Shown piece by piece: positions 51,433 through 59,494 of a stretch of DNA of 64,000 nt. Source of the stretch: Thalassotalea sp. (lineage in GTDB: Bacteria; Pseudomonadota; Gammaproteobacteria; Enterobacterales; Alteromonadaceae); assembly GCA_042091375.1 (NCBI GenBank), contig JBELHO010000003.1, positions 27,659 through 91,658 on the forward strand, read 5' to 3'. A program made the position numbers and the translations under genes. The notes under the pieces are model-generated. The model had not been told where the DNA came from. It did no database searches and saw only the letters and a list, made by a program, of their open reading frames with translations. Positions within the stretch are counted from its first letter, which is position 1; the number at the start of each line of letters is the position of its first letter.

Positions 51433-51900
51433 CTATTCAGTTGTTTGTACATTTGTAACATTTTGTTTCTTATCATCAAATAATCCACTGGGATTTCCTG
51501 AATAATCTAGAGGCGCCTGAGTCAATGGATCTTTGTTAATTTTTTCATCGCGGTTATGACGTAAATTCACCGTTTGAGCCAGTTGCTCTTGCGTTTCTTT
51601 AGCAAAAAACGGCATCGCCTCTTGCTCTACAGGGGTTGCTTGTTGTAATAACTTGGTGCTTTGTTCCATTTGCTGCATAGCTTTTTGACAGCTTTCATTC
51701 ATTTGTTTTAACAACTGGCTTGATTGATCTAAGTGCTCTGCAACATCAAGTTTGTATTGTGCTAAATTATTTTCACTTTGGTTTGCTTGCTCTGCCAGTT
51801 TCTTATTTTCTTGGCTTGAGGCTGATAATTGTTTACTAATGAAAAAACCAAACACCCCACCAAGGAGACTGCCGATAATAATGCCAATGAGAATATCCAT
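51433..51900 (-). CDS. zapG: Z-ring associated protein ZapG (YhcB, DUF1043)
   Basis: 155 aa with an N-terminal TM segment (MDILIGIIIGSLLGGVFGFFI) and a coiled coil. The PLDYSGNPSGLF tail resembles E. coli YhcB (PRDYSEGASGLL). Confidence 0.85.
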   Translation of the reverse strand: MDILIGIIIGSLLGGVFGFFISKQLSASSQENKKLAEQANQSENNLAQYKLDVAEHLDQSSQLLKQMNESCQKAMQQMEQSTKLLQQATPVEQEAMPFFAKETQEQLAQTVNLRHNRDEKINKDPLTQAPLDYSGNPSGLFDDKKQNVTNVQTTE

Positions 51901-52067
51901 ACTGAGTTACCTTTTTAATATCGTCGAAATAGGATCGCGGAAGCAATAATAGAACAAAGAGTAACATACCACGATAATTGTTACTTATATTGTAAATATG
52001 TTTGCTAATATATATTTTTCAAGCACATTGTTTTAATTAGTGTAATAAAAATTTAAATGGTTAATAA

Positions 52068-53183
52068 ATGATCAAGCTTTCTCCAATTGAAAAGTATCAG
52101 CAAGATTTAATGCGTGAGGATTTTCATTCTGATGATTCACAGGCAAATGCGGTGCAACACTTGCAACGTTTGTTTGAAGATCTTGAGAATAAACCCCTTG
52201 CTGTTCAGGGGTTTAAAAAAGTGTTAAACCGCTGGCATAGGGTCATTGCAAAAAAGCCTAAACGCTCTGTACAAGGTCTTTACTTTTGGGGCGGTGTTGG
52301 CCGAGGAAAAACTTACTTGGTTGATACTTTTTATGATTGTTTGCCTTTTGAAAATAAAACCAGGGTGCATTTTCATCGATTTATGCACCGGGTGCACCAT
52401 GAGCTTAAAGGATTGACCGGTCAATCTGATCCGCTAAAAATCATTGCTAAGCGCTTTGCTAAAGAAAGTTGTATCATTTGTTTTGACGAATTTTTTGTAT
52501 CCGATATTACTGATGCAATGATTTTAGGTACTTTGTTTGAACAGCTTTTTGCTCATCAAGTCACTTTAGTCGCAACGTCTAACATAGTACCTGACGAGCT
52601 TTATCGAAATGGTTTGCAACGTGCACGTTTTTTGCCGGCAATCGATCTTATTAATAAACACTGTGATGTGGTCAATGTTGATAGTGGTATAGATTATCGC
52701 CTGCGCACGCTGCAACAAGCTGAAATTTATCACTCGCCTTTAGACAAAAAAGCCGATGATAATTTAAAGCAATATTTTGCTCAACTATCCGTTGATAAGG
52801 GCAATAACCAAGCGACTATTACAATTAATAATAGATCTTTACCAACGATCCAAGAAGCAGATGGTATCGTCTTTTTTGAATTCACTACCTTGTGTGAATC
52901 TGCGCGAAGCCAAAGTGATTATATGGAGTTAAGTCGTTTATATCACACCGTGCTTCTTGCGAATGTTGTGCAAATGGATCAAGACACTGATGATGCCGCT
53001 CGACGATTTATTGCCTTGGTAGACGAGTTCTATGAACGTCGCGTTAAATTAATTATTTCAGCGCAAGTGCCTATGCAAGATTTATATCTTCAAGGGAATT
53101 TAACCTTTGAATTTAAGCGTTGTTTGAGCCGTTTACAAGAAATGCAATCACATGATTATTTGGCCAGTGAACACATACCTTAA
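52068..53183 (+). CDS. zapE: Cell division AAA ATPase ZapE (YhcM/AFG1 family)
   Basis: 371 aa with Walker A (GGVGRGKTYL) and Walker B (ICFDEFFV). It is divergent from zapG, as in E. coli. Confidence 0.9.
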   Translation: MIKLSPIEKYQQDLMREDFHSDDSQANAVQHLQRLFEDLENKPLAVQGFKKVLNRWHRVIAKKPKRSVQGLYFWGGVGRGKTYLVDTFYDCLPFENKTRVHFHRFMHRVHHELKGLTGQSDPLKIIAKRFAKESCIICFDEFFVSDITDAMILGTLFEQLFAHQVTLVATSNIVPDELYRNGLQRARFLPAIDLINKHCDVVNVDSGIDYRLRTLQQAEIYHSPLDKKADDNLKQYFAQLSVDKGNNQATITINNRSLPTIQEADGIVFFEFTTLCESARSQSDYMELSRLYHTVLLANVVQMDQDTDDAARRFIALVDEFYERRVKLIISAQVPMQDLYLQGNLTFEFKRCLSRLQEMQSHDYLASEHIP

Positions 53184-53270
53184 TAGGTATTTTTATCGAG
53201 GGGCATAGCAATATAGGTTGAGCTTTTATTGGCTTTATACTTATCGTTAAAATCATAGAGGATGTTATTA

Positions 53271-54140
53271 ATGAACTCTGAATTTACGCAATTGATCAGT
53301 GTAAGACAGTTACAGCTTTTGTTGGCGAGCGCTTCTGTTGACAACCTTGTTATATTGGATGCCAGCATTAGCGAAGTTAATGCAGTGCAACCAGCGCCTT
53401 TGGCTTGGCCACAAACTGTTATTGCTCATAGCCAGCGATTTGATTTGCAAAAGTGCTTTTCAGATAAAAACAGTAAATTATCGCATACCATGCCAACGCC
53501 GGAGCAATTCCAATATCAAGCAAGAGCCTTAGGTATTAATCAAAATAGTCAAATCATTATTTATGATCATATTGGTATTTATGCTGCTCCTAGAGCGTGG
53601 TGGATGTTCAAGTCGATGGGTTTTCATCAAGTGGCGGTGTTAGATGGCGGCCTGCCTGAATGGCTGGCTCGAGGCGGATCAGTTAATCGTGCGAGTTTCG
53701 TGCAATCACCTAGAATAGGTAACTTTGTTGCCACTAAAAACAATAGCTATTTTTGTAATAAAGATAGAGTAAAGCAAGCGATGCTAAGTCAAAGCGAGGT
53801 TATTATTGATGCCCGCGCTAAAGGACGGTTTTCTGGAGAGAACAAAGATCCGCGAGCAGGGGTTCGCAATGGTCACATTCCAAACTCGGTTAATTTGCCT
53901 TTTAGTGACCTTCAACAGCAGAAAAAAATGTTACCTGTAGAGCAATTAAAGGCAAAATTTGCTGTTTATATTAATGATAGCGACAATGATAATCACAAGG
54001 TCATCTTTTCTTGTGGATCAGGTATCACTGCTTGTGTTTTAGCTTTAGCTGCAGATATTTGTGGTTATCAACAGCTCACTGTTTACGACGGATCTTGGTC
54101 TGATTGGGGCAGTGATTTGAGTTTACCTATTAGCCAATAA
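53271..54140 (+). CDS. sseA: 3-mercaptopyruvate sulfurtransferase (tandem rhodanese)
   Basis: It has two rhodanese domains and the active-site loop CGSGITAC. I prefer ATG 53271, given an AGAGG SD at 53257-53261. Confidence 0.85.
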   Translation: MNSEFTQLISVRQLQLLLASASVDNLVILDASISEVNAVQPAPLAWPQTVIAHSQRFDLQKCFSDKNSKLSHTMPTPEQFQYQARALGINQNSQIIIYDHIGIYAAPRAWWMFKSMGFHQVAVLDGGLPEWLARGGSVNRASFVQSPRIGNFVATKNNSYFCNKDRVKQAMLSQSEVIIDARAKGRFSGENKDPRAGVRNGHIPNSVNLPFSDLQQQKKMLPVEQLKAKFAVYINDSDNDNHKVIFSCGSGITACVLALAADICGYQQLTVYDGSWSDWGSDLSLPISQ

Positions 54141-54226
54141 TTCACCATTCACGATTCACCATTCATATCTGACATTTCTTTGTTGGTGTTTTGCCATGTT
54201 AATTGCTGTTCACTATTTTATTTGTC

Positions 54227-54252
54227 AATTTGACTAATAGGTTAGTCAAATT
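54227..54252. promoter_or_regulatory. Perfect 11-bp inverted repeat with 4-nt spacer (enhancer-binding-protein UAS candidate or sseA terminator hairpin)
   Basis: AATTTGACTAA-TAGG-TTAGTCAAATT is centred about 117 bp upstream of the GG of the sigma-54-like element at 54355. Confidence 0.4.
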
Positions 54253-54354
54253 CGTTATATTTTAGCTTGACATATTATGTCTTGGTTTTGGCTGGTTATT
54301 CAGTTTATTGTGTAAGTAACTGATTTTAAATTGTTATATTGTTTTTTTTATAGT

Positions 54355-54370
54355 TGGCATACCGCTTGTA
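54355..54370 (+). promoter_or_regulatory. Candidate sigma-54 (-24/-12) promoter upstream of the psp-like cluster
   Basis: TGGCAT-ACCGC-TTGTA compares with TGGCAC-N5-TTGCW. The spacing is correct, GG is present, and the -12 element is GT rather than GC. It lies 77 nt upstream of ATG 54447. Confidence 0.45.
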
Positions 54371-54446
54371 ATAAGCTTGGATAGTCGGTTTATTTAGTTT
54401 GGTCATATTCTTTCAATCAAAGCCGATTTTATACAAGGAGAGCAAA

Positions 54447-54737
54447 ATGAAAAGTATTACAACAACCTTACTGGTTTTAATCTGTTTTTGCGGTATTACA
54501 GCATCAGCCAAGAGCGAAGCAAGTGAATTAAAGCTGCAAGCGTATTTAGGACAGACGTTGACAAACCAAACACAGCAAATGAATGAAGCATTAGCGCAAC
54601 AATTGCAACAATCAATTCGCATTGCACTACAAAAGTTTAGCAGTGATCAAACTCACATCTTGTATCGACCATACAAGCAAACAGTTACCACAGTTAAGCA
54701 AACAGGCAATAAAAATACAATCACAACGGCTGAATAG
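54447..54737 (+). CDS. Hypothetical small secreted protein (96 aa) preceding pspA
   Basis: ATG 54447 follows an AAGGAG SD at 54435-54440. The protein has a signal peptide (MKSITTTLLVLICFCGITASA|K) and a Gln-rich helical body. Its stop lies 10 nt before the pspA ATG. Confidence 0.6.
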   Translation: MKSITTTLLVLICFCGITASAKSEASELKLQAYLGQTLTNQTQQMNEALAQQLQQSIRIALQKFSSDQTHILYRPYKQTVTTVKQTGNKNTITTAE

Positions 54738-54747
54738 GAGTCACATT

Positions 54748-55419
54748 ATGGGTGTTTTTTCACGTTTTACCGATATCATCAATGCCAATATTAATAGTTT
54801 ATTAGAAAAGGCAGAGCAGCCTGACAAAATGATCAAATTGATCATTCAAGAAATGGAGGAAACCACAGTTGAATTGCGCTCAACTACAGCGCAATACATT
54901 GCTGAAAAGAAGTCGTTAATGCGACAAATAAGACAGCTTGATAATGAGATCGAGCACTGGCAACAAAAGGCTGAGCTAGCCTTATCAAAAAATCGCGAAG
55001 ATTTAGCCAAGCTAGCTATACAGGCAAAGCACAAAGCGCTTAAACAGTTGAATGAGTTAACTGAACAGCAAAGCAGTATAGAAAAGCACTTAGATGATTT
55101 ACAGCGAGATAATCAGTCTTTACAACAAAAATTAAGTGAAGCAAAAAATAAACAACAGGCATACATTATCCGTCAACAATCGGCACAAACACGCTTAAAA
55201 ATGCGAGAAAAATCGGAACAATACGATGTTGAGGCGGCAATTTATAAATTTGAGTGTTATCAACAAAAAATTGAACAGCTTGAATCGCAAATTGAGGCTT
55301 TCGATTTTACTGATAAAACTGATTTGCACAGTCAATTTTCGTCATTGCAACAAGAAAGTGACATTGAACAAGAGTTGAGTGAGTTAAAAGCACAAGTGAA
55401 AGTAGCTCAGGCCAGCTAG
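54748..55419 (+). CDS. pspA: Phage shock protein A (PspA/IM30 family)
   Basis: 223 aa from ATG 54748 (TAGGAG SD). MGVFSRFTDIINANINSLLEKAEQPDKMIKLIIQEMEE is followed by a long coiled coil. The track ORF start at 54622 is an upstream in-frame artefact. Confidence 0.92.
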   Translation: MGVFSRFTDIINANINSLLEKAEQPDKMIKLIIQEMEETTVELRSTTAQYIAEKKSLMRQIRQLDNEIEHWQQKAELALSKNREDLAKLAIQAKHKALKQLNELTEQQSSIEKHLDDLQRDNQSLQQKLSEAKNKQQAYIIRQQSAQTRLKMREKSEQYDVEAAIYKFECYQQKIEQLESQIEAFDFTDKTDLHSQFSSLQQESDIEQELSELKAQVKVAQAS

Positions 55420-55534
55420 TTAGCTTTGCCTATGTCAATCGAGTTCAAAACAAAACTTGCTCATGACTCCGCTGAATCGCAAAAGTCAGCAGGGGCTATG
55501 AGCAAGGCTACAAGAAAAAATAAGGAAGACAATT

Positions 55535-55747
55535 ATGCGTTATCAAGGTCATTATTCTGCACAACAGCATTTAGTAAAACAGTCCAGAGGTAAAGTATTT
55601 ACCGGTGTATGCTCTGGTGTTGCAAAGTATTATAAACTGTCAACAGTTGGGCTAAGAGCAGCCTCAGTCTTTGCCTTTATGTTTTTTCCATTGGCAACAG
55701 CATCTGCTTACCTGCTAGCTACCTTAATATTACCGAGTGAAAAATAA
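55535..55747 (+). CDS. Minimal PspC-domain membrane protein
   Basis: 70 aa. GKVFTGVCSGVAKYYKLSTVGLRAASVFAFMFFPLATASAYLLATLILP fits the PspC-domain pattern (aGVcgGlA.y....vRl.fv). Confidence 0.7.
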   Translation: MRYQGHYSAQQHLVKQSRGKVFTGVCSGVAKYYKLSTVGLRAASVFAFMFFPLATASAYLLATLILPSEK

Positions 55748-55776
55748 ATAGATCACATCCAGAGTAAGGAGCGCAG

Positions 55777-56124
55777 ATGGCCTTTTTAAAATCGTTGATA
55801 ATCGCTGTGTTTGCAACAATAGTGTTAACCTACTTTTTTGGCGTCACCCTCATTGAGTGGTTCAACATAGATTTAAATTTATCTGGTGGTTTCGCTCAAG
55901 ATAGCATTGAGCCACTAAAGAAAATTAGTGTCTCCGCTATTCTTGCTGTTGTGTTGTTAATCGTTGCGGTCATTATTGTCTTTAGTGTGTTTGGCACCAT
56001 AATTGTCGCAACCTTTCTATCTATAGGGTTGATATTGATGTTATTGTTAGGTGCTTTTTGGCCTATTGTATTTATCGGCTTGATTATTTGGTACGCAATC
56101 AGAACACAAAAATTAGCCAGTTAA
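55777..56124 (+). CDS. Hypothetical small polytopic membrane protein
   Basis: 115 aa with 3-4 predicted TM helices and an AAGGAG SD at 55767-55772. I recognise no family. Confidence 0.55.
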   Translation: MAFLKSLIIAVFATIVLTYFFGVTLIEWFNIDLNLSGGFAQDSIEPLKKISVSAILAVVLLIVAVIIVFSVFGTIIVATFLSIGLILMLLLGAFWPIVFIGLIIWYAIRTQKLAS

Positions 56125-56254
56125 ATCGTAGCTGACTTATCTCTTAGAAAATGAAAGGTTAGTCAACACCAGCAGTTTGTTATCAATTTGGCAGGAATTA
56201 GGATCACCGGGGACAGTGATCCAAGTAGGTAAATTTTTGATAAATCATCCAGAT

Positions 56255-56998
56255 TTATTTAAAAAATGAGGCTAAAATATTTTTACAGGTATCAGTTTTT
56301 ACTAGCCTAGAGAACTCTTTTGCTTCTGCGTTCATAGTGTTGAGTACTTGTGCATGAGTCGCTTGTTTTATTAGTCGTCGACTTGTTAACACTGCATCTT
56401 GTGGCAATTGCGCAATAGTCAGTGCCGCTTGTTTTGCGGTTGCTAATAACTCTTCACTAGCACACAATTGGTTGGCAATACCAAATTCAAGGGCCTGTTG
56501 GCCATTGAACATATTGCCCAATACCAGTAACTCAAATGCTTTATTATGACCTAATCTCAATGGCAGCAATAAGCTCGATGCTGCTTCAGGACATAAGCCC
56601 AGTTGGGTGAAGGGCAGTTTAAATTTGGCTGTTTCGGTGGTGAAAACCATATCACAATGCAGCAATAAGGTGGTGCCAATACCAACGGCGGGGCCGGCTA
56701 CAGCAGCGATTAACGGCTTCTGAAATTCAGCGAGAATTTTTATAAAATCAAAAGCGGCTAAGTTTTCACTTTGACTGCTAGCGATAAAGTCTTGTAGATC
56801 ATTGCCTGCACAGAAGCATTGATTATCACCTTGGATAACAACACAATGTACAGTGTTGTCGTCATTGGCTTGCAAAAATAGTGTTGATAACTGTTGGTAC
56901 ATACTTGTATTCAACGCATTTTTTTTATCAATTCGGTTTAATGTAATGATTAAAACATTATTTTGTTGTTCAGTGAGAATTAAGTTATCCATTTTCAA
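56255..56998 (-). CDS. Enoyl-CoA hydratase/isomerase (crotonase) family protein
   Basis: 247 aa: VLIITLNRIDKKNALN...FCAGNDL...AAVAGPAVGIGTTLLLHCD. Confidence 0.88.
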   Translation of the reverse strand: MKMDNLILTEQQNNVLIITLNRIDKKNALNTSMYQQLSTLFLQANDDNTVHCVVIQGDNQCFCAGNDLQDFIASSQSENLAAFDFIKILAEFQKPLIAAVAGPAVGIGTTLLLHCDMVFTTETAKFKLPFTQLGLCPEAASSLLLPLRLGHNKAFELLVLGNMFNGQQALEFGIANQLCASEELLATAKQAALTIAQLPQDAVLTSRRLIKQATHAQVLNTMNAEAKEFSRLVKTDTCKNILASFFK

Positions 56999-57059
56999 CC
57001 AGCTTAGTTACAATGTTAGTACAACCATAAACTGGATAAAAAAGGATGTATAGCATCTT

Positions 57060-57551
57060 ATGAGTAAATTAACGGAATATTTAACTTCACTGCTGTTCAT
57101 TGCATGTTTTGCAACCGCAGCTTTGTTTAGTCATCAGGTGTTTGCTGATCAGATCACTGTTGAAGAGGGCTTTGTCAGGGCAACTATTCCCGGTACTTCG
57201 ATTTCATCAGCTTACATGACCATTACTAACAACACAGATCAAACCATTAGTTTATTGGGCGCAAGTAGTGATGCCAGTCAACGCATAGAAATCCATCAAC
57301 ACACCATGGCAGATGGCATGATGCAAATGCGCCAAGTAGAATCCATTTCTGCACCAGCGGCAGGCGCGTTAATTTTACAGCCATCGGGCTATCATTTAAT
57401 GATTTTTGATTTACCTGAGCCATTAAAGGATGGCCAGACTATGAGCTTAACATTGCATTTTAGTGGTCAACGCGATGTTGAAATTAATCTGCCGATCCGC
57501 AGTATCAAGCGTAAAAAAGTCATGGATCATCATAAAATGCATCATCATTAG
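57060..57551 (+). CDS. Periplasmic copper chaperone PCu(A)C (DUF461)
   Basis: 163 aa with a signal peptide. It has the His/Met copper motif IEIHQHTMADGMMQMRQV and a His-rich tail (MDHHKMHHH). Confidence 0.8.
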   Translation: MSKLTEYLTSLLFIACFATAALFSHQVFADQITVEEGFVRATIPGTSISSAYMTITNNTDQTISLLGASSDASQRIEIHQHTMADGMMQMRQVESISAPAAGALILQPSGYHLMIFDLPEPLKDGQTMSLTLHFSGQRDVEINLPIRSIKRKKVMDHHKMHHH

Positions 57552-57560
57552 GAGTTGATT

Positions 57561-58553
57561 ATGAATACTCACTTTTCTGTAAAAACTATAAGCTCTATTT
57601 TTTTAGGGGTTTTGATCCTATTTTACCTTCTCGGTGTTTACTGGAGTTTTGAGCCTAGCGAATTGGATCTTAAAGAGGAAGTGACTAAGGCAGCTAAGCA
57701 GAATAATGTGTCGCCAGTGATAGGTTTTACTACTACCACGGCATTGATCCGCGTTTCCGAGTCATTATTACAAAAACCTGGAGGCTACCTTTCCAATGAT
57801 GCCTTACCGCCAAGTGTATTTCTAGATAATATTCCAGCATGGGAATACGGCGTGTTAGAAATGGTCCGTGATATGGCATTAATTATGCGCAGAGATTTCA
57901 GTCGTTCCCAGTCACAGTCTATAGAAAACCAGTATTTGAAAGAAGCGCAACCAAAATTCAACTTTGATCATACCAGTTGGGCAATGCCAAGTTCGGAAGG
58001 TGAATATCAACATGCAATAGATCAACTTTACCTCTATCGCGATTCACTCACTCGTGTCAATAATCAGTCTGCGCAATTTTATGCTAGAGCCGATAATTTA
58101 AGAGCCTGGCTGCAAGAAGCGACCAAAAGGTTAGGTAGCTACTCACAACGACTCAGTGCCAGTGTTGGTCGCGAGCAATTAAATGTTGAACTTGCCGGTG
58201 ACAGCGCAGCTCAACAATCAACCCATTCTTCTGCTCTGTTATCACTGAAAACCAGCTGGTGGCAATTAGACGATGAATTTTACGAATCAAGAGGGGCGTG
58301 TTGGGCGTTGTTACACTTTTTACGTGCCATTGAGATTGATTTTAATGACGTATTAGAGAAAAAAAATGCAGAGGTGAGTGTCAAGCAAATTATTCGTGAA
58401 TTAGAAGCCAGTCAGCAATCCATTTGGAGCCCGATCATTTTAAATGGCGATGGCTTTGGTTTGTTAGCCAATCATTCTTTAGTCATGGCTAACTATATTT
58501 CGCGGGCTAATGCGGCATTAATAGACTTAAACGATCTTCTCAGTCAAGGATAA
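57561..58553 (+). CDS. Membrane-anchored periplasmic protein of unknown function (possibly DUF2333)
   Basis: ATG 57561 lies 6 nt after an AGGAG SD. It has a single N-terminal TM segment (ISSIFLGVLILFYLLGVYW) and a soluble domain of about 300 aa. The DUF2333 assignment is from memory and uncertain. Confidence 0.6.
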   Translation: MNTHFSVKTISSIFLGVLILFYLLGVYWSFEPSELDLKEEVTKAAKQNNVSPVIGFTTTTALIRVSESLLQKPGGYLSNDALPPSVFLDNIPAWEYGVLEMVRDMALIMRRDFSRSQSQSIENQYLKEAQPKFNFDHTSWAMPSSEGEYQHAIDQLYLYRDSLTRVNNQSAQFYARADNLRAWLQEATKRLGSYSQRLSASVGREQLNVELAGDSAAQQSTHSSALLSLKTSWWQLDDEFYESRGACWALLHFLRAIEIDFNDVLEKKNAEVSVKQIIRELEASQQSIWSPIILNGDGFGLLANHSLVMANYISRANAALIDLNDLLSQG

Positions 58554-58556
58554 TAA

Positions 58557-59300
58557 ATGAAAAAATTAATACTAGCAGGCTCCTTTGCTAGCCTACTAGC
58601 CTGCAATGCTCAGGCCGATGTTATTGGTTTGTATTTGGGAGGATATATTTGGGATAATCGTGCAAGTGGATTAGTTGGTGAAAAAAATGACTTAATTGAC
58701 TTTAACTTAGATGATCAACAGCAAGGTAGTTATTACATTGCCTTTGAGCATCCGCTGCCTTTGCTGCCAAATGTTATGTTGACCAGTACTGAGTTAAATA
58801 CGCGTGGTAATACCCAATTAATCGACGAATTTTCATTTGCTGATCAGGATTTTAGCGCTGGTACCTTGATTAACACTGCATTTGATGTGAGTTATCTCGA
58901 CTACACCCTATACTATGAATTATTTGATAATGGTTTGTTTTCTTTTGACTTTGGCCTTACAGCCCGAGACTTTGATGGCGATGTTAGTGCGTCGAGTGAG
59001 ATTTCTGATGCACAATTAACCGGTAGTGAATTTATTCCATTACTTTATGCTTCGGCGACCTTAGGCTTGCCGTTTACCGGTTGGAATGTCTATGGCCAAG
59101 GAAACTTCTTATCTTTTGGCGACCAAACCATACACGACTATCAAATTGGGATCAGCTATGAATTGGTGGATAATACAATCGTCGATTTAAATGTCACTAT
59201 GGGCTACAGAGTAGTAAATTTAACCTTGGAAGATCTAGACAGTTTATCTACTGACATAGACTTTAATGGTTTGTACCTCGGTGCTGTAGTACATTTTTAA
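58557..59300 (+). CDS. Outer-membrane beta-barrel protein (TIGR04219-like)
   Basis: 247 aa with a signal peptide (ASLLACNAQA|D), alternating beta-strand pattern and a C-terminal ...LYLGAVVHF with terminal Phe. It starts 3 nt after the preceding stop. Confidence 0.7.
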   Translation: MKKLILAGSFASLLACNAQADVIGLYLGGYIWDNRASGLVGEKNDLIDFNLDDQQQGSYYIAFEHPLPLLPNVMLTSTELNTRGNTQLIDEFSFADQDFSAGTLINTAFDVSYLDYTLYYELFDNGLFSFDFGLTARDFDGDVSASSEISDAQLTGSEFIPLLYASATLGLPFTGWNVYGQGNFLSFGDQTIHDYQIGISYELVDNTIVDLNVTMGYRVVNLTLEDLDSLSTDIDFNGLYLGAVVHF

Positions 59301-59344
59301 CTGACTGTTGACAAAGCATTTAGCCCAACGTTAATTATTGACAG

Positions 59345-59380
59345 AAAAAAAGCTGAACTTTATAGTTTCAGCTTTTTTTT
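59345..59380 (+). terminator. Rho-independent terminator of the PCuAC/unknown/OMP operon
   Basis: A7-GCTGAA...TTCAGC-T8 (AAAAAAAGCTGAAC-TTTATA-GTTTCAGCTTTTTTTT). Confidence 0.8.
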
Positions 59381-59400
59381 GCTTATTTATACTTTGAAGA

Positions 59401-59467
59401 TCTAGTCTTTAAAGTTCTAGTTTTCAGTGGTCTAGTTTTGAATATTTAGTTATTTAGTTATTTAGTT
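59401..59467. repeat. Two short tandem repeat arrays (15-bp x3, then 8-bp x3)
   Basis: TCTAGT(C/T)TT motifs occur at 59401, 59416 and 59431. ATTTAGTT occurs at 59444, 59452 and 59460. They sit in a convergent intergenic region. Confidence 0.75.
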
Positions 59468-59494
59468 TAATTGCTATAGCAAGTACTCATTTCA

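Noticed and set aside
54622-54747. Upstream extension of the pspA ORF (track start 54622)
   Set aside because: The extension overlaps the secreted mini-protein gene in another frame and has no PspA homology. The canonical PspA N-terminus (MGVFSRF) begins at 54748 and is preceded by a GGAG SD.
55432-55590. Small ORF (about 53 aa, MSIEFKTKLAHDSAES...) in the pspA-pspC gap, considered as a candidate pspB
   Set aside because: It is hydrophilic with no TM helix, whereas PspB is a single-pass membrane protein. It has no SD and runs out of frame into the PspC-domain gene.
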